From Escherichia phage HX01, in the sequence record NC_018855.1: DNA of 64,000 nucleotides. One strand, 5' to 3'. Each line of letters starts with the position of its first letter. Within the stretch, counting starts at the first letter, position 1. A program made the position numbers and the translations under genes. The notes beneath the pieces are model-generated. The model ran no database searches. It was not told the origin of the DNA and saw only the letters and a list, made by a program, of their open reading frames with translations. Positions 46,995-56,204 of the stretch are shown here, piece by piece.

Positions 46995-47256
46995 GTTAAA
47001 TCGAGGAGCCGTCGAATTGTCTGATTATCGATTTGCGAATCGGTATGTTTTAGAAGTACCGCCCCGACAATTTTACGGTGTACCTCTTGAATGTTACTAT
47101 CATGCGTCAGAAAAGTGTTATCTGTGTAAGTCTTGGTGGTATGATGACGAGGTTTATGGTTATCCTGTCGTTAAATATCCAAAACCTATGTTCCCCTTGA
47201 GGGCTTGAGCAGGCAATGTCAATAAGTCCTGCATTTTCATTTAAAGAGAATTTATA

Positions 47257-47436
47257 ATGGCAAAACAAGCTAAAGCAAAGAAAGCAGTTGAAAAGAAAGT
47301 TGATGGTACCTCTAAACGCGCTGGATACAAGCGTGGGTCGAACTCTCGTATTAATCAAACAGTTGAGAAGATCATGCGCAGAGCACGTGCAGTTCTTCGA
47401 GATGATGCTTCTCGTTTTGGAAAGGTTGTTGCATAA
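47257..47436 (+). CDS. Small Lys/Arg-rich protein (59 aa)
   Basis: Below ORF-track cutoff; MAKQAKAKKAVEKKVDGTSKRAGYKRGSNSRINQ...; followed by UUCG hairpin terminator. Confidence 0.4.
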   Translation: MAKQAKAKKAVEKKVDGTSKRAGYKRGSNSRINQTVEKIMRRARAVLRDDASRFGKVVA

Positions 47437-47441
47437 TTTTA

Positions 47442-47464
47442 GGGAGACTTCGGTCTCCCTTTTG
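47442..47464 (+). terminator. Intrinsic terminator after small basic ORF
   Basis: GGGAGACTTCGGTCTCCC plus TTTT; stem identical to 32489-32506. Confidence 0.8.
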
Positions 47465-47496
47465 TGCGTTTAGGGCAGAAAAAGTTTAAAAAAGAT

Positions 47497-47525
47497 GTTT
47501 ACTCTCCTGTAGGATGTGTTACTAT
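47497..47525 (+). promoter_or_regulatory. Early-type promoter (GTTTAC-17-TACTAT)
   Basis: GTTTACTCTCCTGTAGGATGTGTTACTAT. Confidence 0.5.
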
Positions 47526-47566
47526 AGACTTGTACCACCTAATCAATAAAACAATCGGAGAATAAA

Positions 47567-47935
47567 ATGAAAATCAATCTGAACTCATACATCAAATGTA
47601 AAGACCACGACGGTTATAAAGCTATCGAAATTAAAGAATTCCAGTGGATGTTATACAAAGAGCAATTTGAGTTCGTAGGTTGTATGACCCCTGAAGGTCC
47701 TTCAGATGATTTCTCTTGGAAAATTGTGCTAGCAAACTTTTTCACAGGTGACACATATGAATTAAAAACTATTATTACCGGTAAAATTCGTTCAGAAACA
47801 TATGTTGACGAAGAAACTGGTTACTCTGAAGATGTTACATGGTATCAAAATGGACGCATTACAGCAGATAACCTGATCGAAAAAATGAAAGCCAAAGGTG
47901 TTTTAAATTTAGACAATTGGATTAAAGTTGCATAA
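47567..47935 (+). CDS. Hypothetical protein
   Basis: 122 aa; promoter 47497-47525; RBS GGAGAA. Confidence 0.55.
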   Translation: MKINLNSYIKCKDHDGYKAIEIKEFQWMLYKEQFEFVGCMTPEGPSDDFSWKIVLANFFTGDTYELKTIITGKIRSETYVDEETGYSEDVTWYQNGRITADNLIEKMKAKGVLNLDNWIKVA

Positions 47936-47939
47936 AACA

Positions 47940-47969
47940 GTTTACTTTGGTACAGGTTATGTTATTATA
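47940..47969 (+). promoter_or_regulatory. Early-type promoter (GTTTAC-18-TATTAT) inside a 9-bp perfect inverted repeat
   Basis: GGTACAGGT (47949-47957) and ACCTGTACC (47971-47979) flank the -10. Confidence 0.55.
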
Positions 47970-48009
47970 GACCTGTACCAACAAACAACTTAAACATCTG
48001 GAGAATAAA

Positions 48010-48375
48010 ATGAACTACACCAACTTCGAACGCAAATATGTTTCTAACGGTATCGCTGGTTCTATCGATATGGTTTGTTTGTGGAAGCATAAAAATGGTT
48101 CAGTATGTGAAATTGAGCAGTGCATGACTCCTAATTATGTTTATATGCGATTTGAAAATGGCATCACGGTTTCAATCACGACGGAAGGTTCAAATTTTAA
48201 AATTGCATTAGATGATGATTTCCGTCAGCGTGATTTAGGTACTCATCCTTGCTGGAACGGCGTTAATCGTAAACTTCTGGTTAAAACTTGGATTCGTCAT
48301 ATCCTGAGTAACCGAGCTAAACCTGAACATCTCGAAGCAATCTTTGATGTAGTTCTTAACGAATTCGATATCTAA
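48010..48375 (+). CDS. Hypothetical protein
   Basis: 121 aa; promoter 47940-47969; RBS GGAGAA; followed by GC hairpin. Confidence 0.55.
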   Translation: MNYTNFERKYVSNGIAGSIDMVCLWKHKNGSVCEIEQCMTPNYVYMRFENGITVSITTEGSNFKIALDDDFRQRDLGTHPCWNGVNRKLLVKTWIRHILSNRAKPEHLEAIFDVVLNEFDI

Positions 48376-48382
48376 TTTAACT

Positions 48383-48398
48383 GGGAGCTTCGGCTCCC
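48383..48398 (+). other. GC hairpin with UUCG loop, no T-run (RNA stability or processing element?)
   Basis: GGGAGCTTCGGCTCCC directly before RBS of ORF 48411. Confidence 0.4.
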
Positions 48399-48410
48399 AC
48401 TGAGGAAATT

Positions 48411-49025
48411 ATGTTTAAAGTTAATACTTTTTATAAAATGAATTTTAAAAATGGGGATATTACTCCACGCCTTAAAAACATGTTCTCATATGACCTTATC
48501 GAGCCTTTTGAAGTTTTAGAAGTTACTGATGCCGGCTCGGTTTGTGAAATTAGAACTTCTGAAGGTAAAATTTATCAGGCAGGTGTTGGTAAATTTAGTA
48601 ATTGTTTTACTTTAATATTCTCGACCGATTTAGATGAGCATTTTATTGAATGTCCTAGCCCTAAGGTCTACGAAGTTCCACATCAAGAAACTAAGAAAAA
48701 TGGCCCACACGAATATACGAAGGTTGAAACTCCTCATGGCGTGATGTGGCGTCATAACTCTCCTTTTGGAAGTAAAGGAACATTTGCTCAACCGTCTAAA
48801 CCGTATGATGATGAAAAATACATCGTCGTCTTTTTATCTGAACAGGGTACTCAAGACCGTGGATGCCAACGAAGTGGTTTACTAAGTGAACTTGAAGCTC
48901 ATAACCAAGCACGTGAATTCGTTGAGAAAAATCCTGGTTCTGAAGCTCTAGTCATGAAAGCAATTACTCAATATATCACTGCTCAACCTGTTGTTCATCC
49001 GGTAGAAATTAATTTCGTTAAGTAG
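48411..49025 (+). CDS. Hypothetical protein
   Basis: 204 aa; RBS GAGGAAA. Confidence 0.55.
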   Translation: MFKVNTFYKMNFKNGDITPRLKNMFSYDLIEPFEVLEVTDAGSVCEIRTSEGKIYQAGVGKFSNCFTLIFSTDLDEHFIECPSPKVYEVPHQETKKNGPHEYTKVETPHGVMWRHNSPFGSKGTFAQPSKPYDDEKYIVVFLSEQGTQDRGCQRSGLLSELEAHNQAREFVEKNPGSEALVMKAITQYITAQPVVHPVEINFVK

Positions 49026-49053
49026 TTTACATCCAAGGACGGATTAGAGTATA
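49024..49053 (+). promoter_or_regulatory. Early-type promoter (GTTTAC-18-TATAAC)
   Basis: Spacer CATCCAAGGACGGATTAGAG resembles promoters at 1253 and 1811. Confidence 0.5.
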
Positions 49054-49079
49054 ACGATTTCTTTAGTAAGTGGAAAAAT

Positions 49080-49277
49080 ATGAAATTTTTAATAGCACAA
49101 ACAGTCCAATTAAAAGGTGTTGGAATTCCTGGGGTGATTTTTAAAGTTCTCCCTGAATTTAAAACCGCCGCTGGAATTATCAATGAAGCGTATGCTGTTC
49201 AATGGGTTGATTGGACTTCTGACATACGTATGGGTAAAGAGTTATCTCCTATTAAAGGGTTGAAACATGTTGAATAA
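49080..49277 (+). CDS. Hypothetical protein
   Basis: 65 aa; promoter 49024-49053. Confidence 0.5.
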   Translation: MKFLIAQTVQLKGVGIPGVIFKVLPEFKTAAGIINEAYAVQWVDWTSDIRMGKELSPIKGLKHVE

Positions 49278-49479
49278 ATTAATCCAGAAATTGTTAGGTA
49301 CAGAAATGGTTGAAGTTACGTATCGTGTGACTGACTGCTCGCCTATTCATCCACAGGATGAACCATTTATCAAGACAATTAAAATGCTTAAAAACGATGG
49401 TGGTTTATCTATTGAAGACCGTCTGCCTAGTTACGGTCATTGGGCTGATGTTGAAATTATAAGTGTTAAAGATGTCTGA
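49267..49479 (+). CDS. Hypothetical protein
   Basis: 70 aa overlapping neighbours. Confidence 0.5.
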   Translation: MLNKLIQKLLGTEMVEVTYRVTDCSPIHPQDEPFIKTIKMLKNDGGLSIEDRLPSYGHWADVEIISVKDV

Positions 49480-49930
49480 ATTAGAAATAAGAAGCAATTT
49501 CAAATGGCCGTCATGCGCATTAAGTAATTTCGCCCAATGGCCTTTTGTTATGGATGGTATTCAATTCGGAGGACTTGAAGGATTTCTCCAAGGATGTAAG
49601 GTGAAAAACGTTGAACAACAAAAACGTATATTTGGGTTGTCTGGATTGGCTGCACAGCAAGCTGGAAGGTCTTATGCAAGAGCTCAGGACCGTGGGACTC
49701 TCTTCTGGTTAGGAGTTCCATTTTCAAGATACTCTGAAGCGTGGAAAGAATTATACACAAATGCATATTTTGAAGCCGCGATCCAAAACAAGGGGTTTCG
49801 TGATGCCTTACAAGCCTCTAAAGGAAAAATTTTGAAGCACAGCATGGCCAGCCACCTAACAAAAGATGATACAATATTAACCGAAGCTGAATTTATTGAT
49901 GTGTTAAACCTATTAAGAGACTCTTTATGA
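49472..49930 (+). CDS. NADAR (YbiA/DUF1768)-like protein
   Basis: ORF track 49463-49930 (GTG); ATG 49472 used; segment ALSNFAQWPFVMDGIQFGGLEGFLQGCK resembles the NADAR signature (SNF..PF..DG..F...E.FQA.K). Confidence 0.45.
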   Translation: MSELEIRSNFKWPSCALSNFAQWPFVMDGIQFGGLEGFLQGCKVKNVEQQKRIFGLSGLAAQQAGRSYARAQDRGTLFWLGVPFSRYSEAWKELYTNAYFEAAIQNKGFRDALQASKGKILKHSMASHLTKDDTILTEAEFIDVLNLLRDSL

Positions 49931-50763
49931 AACCTACTATTTTGACTGATATTGATGGTGTATGTTTAAGCTGGCAATCTGGACTTCCTTATTTTGCCCA
50001 AAAATATAATCTTCCATTAGAACATATTTTAAAAATGATTCAGGACGAAAAATTTATTTCTCCTGGTAAACTATTCAATACCGACGATGACCTCGGTAAA
50101 CAATTAATAGAAAAATATAATCGCTCTGATTTTATTCGTTACTTAGCGCCTTATTCGGATGCTCTTCGAGTTATCAATAAACTAAAAGAAGACTATAATT
50201 TTGTAGCCGTGACGGCGCTAGGTGATTCAATTGATGCTCGATTGAATAGACAATTTAATTTGAATGCTTTGTTCCCAGGCGCTTTCTCTGAAGTAATGAT
50301 GTGTGGTCATGATTCTTCAAAGGAACAATTATTCGAACTAGCTAAAACAAAATATAACGTGATTTGTTACGTTGACGATTTAGCTCATCACTGTGACCAT
50401 GCAGCAGAAATTCTTAATGTACCGATTTATTGGTTGGCTCGTGGTGAACGTGATGATATTCCTCGCACTGCACAACGTGTACACACGTGGGATGATATTG
50501 AATCTCGTTTGGTTCTACCAGAGCATAATTCAGATTCAGATCGTGAAGACCTTTTAAAACGATTGGCGGATTTGCTTAAAGAATCTGGTGCAACAAGTCC
50601 AGGTGCATGGCCTAATCAAATTGGCGCTCCGTCGAATCCGTACACCTGGCGAACTCCAGGACCAACCGATATGCTGCCTCATTGGCGATACACTAATGTA
50701 GGCGAACATCCTGTTCCTCCGTATTGGGCAGTTCCACAAGGTTACGGCACAACTAAGGGTTAA
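49927..50763 (+). CDS. HAD-superfamily hydrolase-like protein
   Basis: 278 aa; N-terminal LTDIDGV (HAD motif I) and YVDD (motif IV); equivalent to T4 30.2 region. Confidence 0.55.
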   Translation: MKPTILTDIDGVCLSWQSGLPYFAQKYNLPLEHILKMIQDEKFISPGKLFNTDDDLGKQLIEKYNRSDFIRYLAPYSDALRVINKLKEDYNFVAVTALGDSIDARLNRQFNLNALFPGAFSEVMMCGHDSSKEQLFELAKTKYNVICYVDDLAHHCDHAAEILNVPIYWLARGERDDIPRTAQRVHTWDDIESRLVLPEHNSDSDREDLLKRLADLLKESGATSPGAWPNQIGAPSNPYTWRTPGPTDMLPHWRYTNVGEHPVPPYWAVPQGYGTTKG

Positions 50764-50765
50764 TT

Positions 50766-51035
50766 ATGTTTGTAGTTCATGATATTACAGATGGCAAAAA
50801 CACCACACGTGACTACGGTCACGTTAACATGTTCTTTCGAGACTGGCCATTGTTTCGTTCAGTAAAAGACGCAGAAATATTTAAAGAGTGTGTTGAACAA
50901 GGGTTCATCTACATTTCAGAATACTATGTTGAAGGACTCGGTAAATGGATTACCACTTATCAGAAAACGCTGAAATCGCTTCTAGATGAAGTGGCTTATA
51001 ATAGAACCGTAACCAAAATCGAGGACATCAAATGA
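50766..51035 (+). CDS. Hypothetical protein
   Basis: 89 aa directly upstream of ligase. Confidence 0.5.
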   Translation: MFVVHDITDGKNTTRDYGHVNMFFRDWPLFRSVKDAEIFKECVEQGFIYISEYYVEGLGKWITTYQKTLKSLLDEVAYNRTVTKIEDIK

Positions 51036-52525
51036 TTTTAGATATTTTAAACCAAATAGCTGCGATCGGTTCTACTAAAACAAAACAAGAAATCCTTAAG
51101 AAAAATAAGGACAACAAATTACTTGAACGTGTGTATCGTTTAACATATGCACGTGGTATCCAGTATTATATTAAGAAATGGCCAGGACCAGGTGAAAGGT
51201 CTCAAGCGTATGGTCTTCTTGAATTAGATGACATGTTGGATTTTATTGAGTTCACATTAGCCACTCGTAAACTCACTGGTAATGCTGCAATTAAAGAGCT
51301 CATGGGTTATATCGCTGACGGTAAACCTGATGATGTAGAAGTCCTTCGTCGTGTAATGATGCGAGACCTTGAAGTAGGTGCTTCAGTGTCTATCGCGAAT
51401 AAGGTGTGGCCTGGACTTATTCAATTGCAACCACAGATGTTAGCATCTGCATATGATGAGAAATTGATTACTAAAAATATTAAATGGCCCGCATTTGCCC
51501 AATTAAAAGCAGATGGTGCTCGTTGTTTCGCTGAAGTTCGCGATGATGGTGTTCAATTCTTTTCTCGTGCCGGTAATGAATACCATGGTCTTACTCTATT
51601 AGCTGATGAACTAATGGAAATGACTAAAGAAGCTCGTGAAAGACACCCTAATGGGGTTTTAATCGACGGTGAATTAGTTTATCATTCATTTGATATTAAA
51701 AAGGCTGTGAGCTCAGGAAATGACCTGTCGTTCTTATTTGGTGATAATGAAGAATCCGAAGAAGTACAAGTTGCAGACCGTAGCACTTCAAATGGTTTAG
51801 CAAATAAATCTCTTCAAGGGACTATTTCTCCTAAAGAAGCGGAAGGTATGGTTCTTCAAGCCTGGGACTATGTTCCTTTAGATGAAGTCTATTCTGATGG
51901 CAAAATTAAAGGTCAGAAATACGATGTTCGTTTTGCTGCTCTTGAAAATATGGCTGAAGGCTTTAAGCGAATTGAGCCAATTGAAAATCAGTTAGTTCGT
52001 AATCTTGACGAAGCTAAAGTGGTTTATAAAAAATATGTTGACCAAGGTCTTGAAGGTATTATCCTTAAAAACCGTGATTCATACTGGGAAAACAAACGCT
52101 CTAAGAACCTAATTAAATTTAAAGAAGTTATTGATATCGCTTTAGAAGTTGTAGGATACTATGAACACTCTAAAGACCCTAACAAATTAGGTGGTGTCGA
52201 ACTCGTATCACGTTGTCGTCGTATTACAACCGATTGTGGTTCAGGGTTTAAAGATACAACTCATAAAACAGTTGATGGTGTAAAGGTTCTTATTCCTTTA
52301 GATGAGCGTCATGATTTGGACCGTGAACGATTAATGACCGAAGCTCGTGAAGGTAAATTGATTGGACGTATTGCTGATTGTGAATGCAATGGTTGGGTTC
52401 ATTCTAAAGGACGTGAAGGCACTGTAGGTATTTTCCTTCCAATTATTAAAGGGTTCCGTTTTGATAAAACAGAAGCGGATTCGTTTGAAGACGTATTTGG
52501 ACCGTGGTCCCAGACAGGTTTATAA
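51032..52525 (+). CDS. 30: ATP-dependent DNA ligase
   Basis: 497 aa; MILDILNQIAAIGSTKTKQEILKKNKDNKLLERVYRLTY... and adenylation motif LKADG match T4 gp30. Confidence 0.95.
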   Translation: MILDILNQIAAIGSTKTKQEILKKNKDNKLLERVYRLTYARGIQYYIKKWPGPGERSQAYGLLELDDMLDFIEFTLATRKLTGNAAIKELMGYIADGKPDDVEVLRRVMMRDLEVGASVSIANKVWPGLIQLQPQMLASAYDEKLITKNIKWPAFAQLKADGARCFAEVRDDGVQFFSRAGNEYHGLTLLADELMEMTKEARERHPNGVLIDGELVYHSFDIKKAVSSGNDLSFLFGDNEESEEVQVADRSTSNGLANKSLQGTISPKEAEGMVLQAWDYVPLDEVYSDGKIKGQKYDVRFAALENMAEGFKRIEPIENQLVRNLDEAKVVYKKYVDQGLEGIILKNRDSYWENKRSKNLIKFKEVIDIALEVVGYYEHSKDPNKLGGVELVSRCRRITTDCGSGFKDTTHKTVDGVKVLIPLDERHDLDRERLMTEAREGKLIGRIADCECNGWVHSKGREGTVGIFLPIIKGFRFDKTEADSFEDVFGPWSQTGL

Positions 52526-52713
52526 TGAAAGCTTATTTAGAAACAGTTATTGTAGCTAAGAAGGATGGTGGAGATGTTTCCACCTCTTGCTCTCAGATTA
52601 TATTAGATTTTCCTAATGAAAATTCGTATCGGGTTTTCGTAGATAACGTTAATGGGTACGAAAAAGGCCCTAATTTTGAAGTTTATCGTACTTTGCTCCC
52701 GATTGTGGATTAA
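52525..52713 (+). CDS. Hypothetical protein
   Basis: ORF track 52504-52713; ATG 52525 overlaps ligase stop; followed by terminator. Confidence 0.45.
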   Translation: MKAYLETVIVAKKDGGDVSTSCSQIILDFPNENSYRVFVDNVNGYEKGPNFEVYRTLLPIVD

Positions 52714-52733
52714 GAGCCTTCGGGCTCTTTTTG
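52713..52733 (+). terminator. Intrinsic terminator upstream of alt
   Basis: AGAGCCTTCGGGCTCT plus TTTT. Confidence 0.7.
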
Positions 52734-52768
52734 GCATAAATATAAATTATTACTAAAAGGAAAACACT

Positions 52769-54856
52769 ATGTCTGAACAATTAAATGAAGTGTTTGAATC
52801 TGAAGGCAGTCTTCCTGTCGTCAATTTGAACCCTAAAGCTAAAGTTCCACAAGTCTGGAAAATTGGTGATATCGATACAAACATCGTAGTTCGCTTATTC
52901 TCTTACCTTTCTGAAGGCGATGCTGTAAAACAAGTTAAACTTGGCGACAAATACGCTCATGTTGTTATTATGAGTCTGTCTGAAAAGGGTAATCTCGCTG
53001 AATTGAAAAATGGCCTTGGTCCTGCTCCTATTGATGCAATCAACACCATTTTCAATACAGTATATGAACAGGTTAAAGCTCTTCGTATGGATGCAGTTCT
53101 GTTCCGATTCCCTACCAAGAAATTGAAAGGACGTGGACAACAACTTCAAACTCTTCTTGCTCGTTTAGTTTCTACTAAAACCGGTGGACGTTTTAAAGTA
53201 TTGTCGGCAATGTATCAATTCACAGGTAAACACACCTATGTGATGATGGTTCGTAAAAATGCCAACATTGACGATATTAAAGGCATCCCTAACATTAACA
53301 CAGAGTTGTACACGAAAGTAGATTCTGATGTTGGTGAAGTTTATGTGAGTAAAAAGACCGGCGAAACGGTCACCAAAGAAACGGCTATCGCTGGTTCTAT
53401 TGCTGCTGTAGAAGAAAAACGTAAAGATAAGCCTGTTATTGCTCGTACTAAAATTTCTCGTCGTGCTATTGCAGCAAGTCAATCTTTAGAAGCTGACCGT
53501 CAAGAAGGTGAGTTATTCCAGAAATACGAAAATTCTGCTAAAGAAGTTAGTGGCCCAGCTACAGCCGAATTACTTCCTGAAGCATATGAAATCGTACTAG
53601 CCCAAGCATCGTCCACAGCAAAAGGCACTTTAGTTGCTGATATCGAAAATAAGATTTATAATCGTATTGATGAATCCTTTAGATTTGCTGATGAAGTTTC
53701 TTATGGTAGTGTTATTAAGCCAACTTTAGAAAAGTTTGCTAAGAAAATTAAAACTGAAAAAACAACATCTGTTAAAGCATTAGCTGCTTTTGTTGAAGCT
53801 GCAAATGAAATTGCAGACTCTATTAAAGACGAATGGTTTGAAGATTTTAGACGTGATAATTTCCAACTGGCTGACGACGTTTTAGCTGAAGTATCTGAAA
53901 AAACTTGGAAACAACGTAAATCAGCGTTCTTGTCTAATGTGATGTATACTTATGCACGAGAATCGGCTAGAGGCACCTTTAATATAACAATGAATCGGGA
54001 CCCTAAACAATACTCTGTTGCTGAAAAACGAGCTATTCGTGAATATGCCTCTTCTGCGTATACCGATATCAATAATATGTTGTTAGGTCGTTATAAACCA
54101 GATTTTTACGATGTTGCAGATGAAGATGAAGTTAAACGCGCTATTGATGGTCTTGATTCGGCGTTCTTAAATGGAGACCGTTTACCTGAAGGACTAACGT
54201 TATATAGAGCTCAGTCTATCAGAATGCCTATTTACGAAGCAATGGTTAAAAATAAGGTATTCTACTTCAGAAACTATGTTTCCACTTCACTAGCTCCTAT
54301 TATTTTCGGTGGGTTTAAAGAGAACGTTGCCCTTGGACTTGCTCCTGAAGAAGTTCGCAAAGAGCTTAACATTGACAATAATGACGAAGGTGTTACTATT
54401 TCTCCTAGTCAAGTAAGAACAGCTATGCATGCACCAGACCAAATCCGTGTTAACGTTGGATGGGCTATTGATGGCGCCCATAAAGTTAACGTGATTTATC
54501 CTGGACAGTTGAGTAATCACCCTAATGAGCAAGAAATTATTTTGCCTAGAGGCATTCTCTTGCAGATAAATAAAATTACGGATGCGTCATCTGACACTGG
54601 TGCAGGTTTAGAATCCAACCTTAAATTTATTCAAGCTGAAGTTATGTCCTCAGACCAGTTGGACGAAGCTGTCATTTACGATGGTGATGTTCTCATGGAA
54701 ACAGGTGAGGTGGTTGCTATGACTGGTGAAATCGAATCAGATGAACCGATATCGTTCTCTTCATTTGTAGAAAAAACTAGTGCTCCTAAAGGATTGAAAT
54801 TGTTAGCATCTTTAATGGATTTAGAATCAGTTCCGTTTAAATTTGTCCAAGGATAG
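52769..54856 (+). CDS. alt: Alt, packaged ADP-ribosyltransferase
   Basis: 695 aa (T4 Alt 682 aa); position downstream of gene 30. Confidence 0.8.
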   Translation: MSEQLNEVFESEGSLPVVNLNPKAKVPQVWKIGDIDTNIVVRLFSYLSEGDAVKQVKLGDKYAHVVIMSLSEKGNLAELKNGLGPAPIDAINTIFNTVYEQVKALRMDAVLFRFPTKKLKGRGQQLQTLLARLVSTKTGGRFKVLSAMYQFTGKHTYVMMVRKNANIDDIKGIPNINTELYTKVDSDVGEVYVSKKTGETVTKETAIAGSIAAVEEKRKDKPVIARTKISRRAIAASQSLEADRQEGELFQKYENSAKEVSGPATAELLPEAYEIVLAQASSTAKGTLVADIENKIYNRIDESFRFADEVSYGSVIKPTLEKFAKKIKTEKTTSVKALAAFVEAANEIADSIKDEWFEDFRRDNFQLADDVLAEVSEKTWKQRKSAFLSNVMYTYARESARGTFNITMNRDPKQYSVAEKRAIREYASSAYTDINNMLLGRYKPDFYDVADEDEVKRAIDGLDSAFLNGDRLPEGLTLYRAQSIRMPIYEAMVKNKVFYFRNYVSTSLAPIIFGGFKENVALGLAPEEVRKELNIDNNDEGVTISPSQVRTAMHAPDQIRVNVGWAIDGAHKVNVIYPGQLSNHPNEQEIILPRGILLQINKITDASSDTGAGLESNLKFIQAEVMSSDQLDEAVIYDGDVLMETGEVVAMTGEIESDEPISFSSFVEKTSAPKGLKLLASLMDLESVPFKFVQG

Positions 54857-54885
54857 TTTACAAACACATGGATGTGTGATACTAT
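54856..54885 (+). promoter_or_regulatory. Early-type promoter (GTTTAC-18-TACTAT)
   Basis: Spacer ACACAT GG ATGTGT palindrome. Confidence 0.5.
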
Positions 54886-54914
54886 CATCCCATCAACAAC
54901 ATGAGGAAAACGTT

Positions 54915-55208
54915 ATGAAATCTATGCTTCGCTTTAATGGTCAAGAACTAGTAGTTGAAGATGTTATCCCAGCGGATGATGCTTTTAACGAAGCTGTGAT
55001 TGACGAATTGAATCGAGTATTCCCAGGTGCATTCCATATTGCTATGGAACCTCTTAAAAACTTTCGTGACCCTGAGCACACTGATCAAATTTTTGTCGGT
55101 GTAGTGACAGGTCATTTAGAAACAGAGGTACCAATGGTCGTATTAGTTAAATACTCTAAAGATGATACTCCATTCCGAGCACCAGCATTCCTTTCATTCC
55201 GTAAATAA
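54915..55208 (+). CDS. Hypothetical protein
   Basis: ORF track 54843-55208; start moved to ATG 54915 downstream of promoter 54856-54885 (RBS GAGGAAAA). Confidence 0.5.
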   Translation: MKSMLRFNGQELVVEDVIPADDAFNEAVIDELNRVFPGAFHIAMEPLKNFRDPEHTDQIFVGVVTGHLETEVPMVVLVKYSKDDTPFRAPAFLSFRK

Positions 55209-55217
55209 ACCCCTAAA

Positions 55218-55240
55218 GGGAGACGTTGTCTCCCTTTTTC
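55218..55240. terminator. Terminator hairpin between convergent + early and - late genes
   Basis: GGGAGAC-GTTG-GTCTCCC followed by TTTTT on + strand; only a short T-run on - strand. Confidence 0.65.
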
Positions 55241-55241
55241 T

Positions 55242-56204
55242 TTATAGTCCTAAAACTCTTGACGCAGAATTCACCACACCTGTCAATGTGTTTATATTAG
55301 ACACACCTCCAGCAGTCCCACCTAATCTAGAAAGTCTTGATACTGCACTTCCTAGACCAGAATCATTCTGATTATTTCCAAACATTCCTGAAACACTACT
55401 AATAAGTCCTGATTCCAGCCATTCTAAAGCAGCCTGTCTATTTACAGCACCTGATTGCATAACGCGATAAGCAAATGTTACATCAAAAACTGTTATCTGA
55501 TTATCACCGTCATACGTTAACTCAGGAGAAGAGACACTAACAGGAATACATCCAGTGAACATGACAGCGGTATGTGGTAAACCATTTCGTGCATGTAAAT
55601 TAACCTGAATATCTGCTTCGACGTCTTGTGGTAAAGCGCGAAGACCTGTTACAGGGTCTTGGACTGAGTTTACCCAGTCTTGCATTGCTCTAAAGTTAGA
55701 TGCTTCAGAATCCATTCTAAAGCTTATTACTAACGGGTCCATTTCACGGCCGGTAATTCGGATGTTCGGTGAGTTATAGTTGAAATCTGTTTCATAAGAT
55801 AATCGGTTCTCAGGCATTTTTACAGAATAAATCATTAAACCTGTATTATTATATGCCATATTGAAGAAGTCTATCAGATAAGCTCCTACTGTGAACTCGC
55901 CTAACAAGCTTTGTACCGTACGTTGACTCATTGCTCCAATCAGATATTTACTTACACCTGATTTTCGAATTAATTTCTGTGTCCCTGCTGTAATCAGGGT
56001 TGTTACGCCCTGATTGATATCACCTTGAGTCAATCCTAGCCAATCGGAATCCAACCCTAAGTTATTATAAGCAAAACTACCAATTGACGAAATTAGTGAA
56101 GACGATTTGGTTGATGGTGTAGTAGCAAATACACAACTAAACATATTGTTTCGTTGGAAATCTGCATTTATAGCTTGGTTATTAAATTCTTCTAAAGAGT
56201 ACAT
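55242..56204 (-). CDS. 54: gp54 baseplate tail-tube initiator
   Basis: 320 aa; MYSLEEFNNQAINADFQRNNMFSCVFATTPSTKSSSLISS... matches T4 gp54. Confidence 0.93.
   Translation of the reverse strand: MYSLEEFNNQAINADFQRNNMFSCVFATTPSTKSSSLISSIGSFAYNNLGLDSDWLGLTQGDINQGVTTLITAGTQKLIRKSGVSKYLIGAMSQRTVQSLLGEFTVGAYLIDFFNMAYNNTGLMIYSVKMPENRLSYETDFNYNSPNIRITGREMDPLVISFRMDSEASNFRAMQDWVNSVQDPVTGLRALPQDVEADIQVNLHARNGLPHTAVMFTGCIPVSVSSPELTYDGDNQITVFDVTFAYRVMQSGAVNRQAALEWLESGLISSVSGMFGNNQNDSGLGSAVSRLSRLGGTAGGVSNINTLTGVVNSASRVLGL

Noticed and set aside
47017-47208. ORF with TTG start (63 aa) downstream of rIII
   Set aside because: It has a GAGGAG RBS but a non-ATG start and no recognisable homology. Evidence is too weak to list as a feature, although it may be real.
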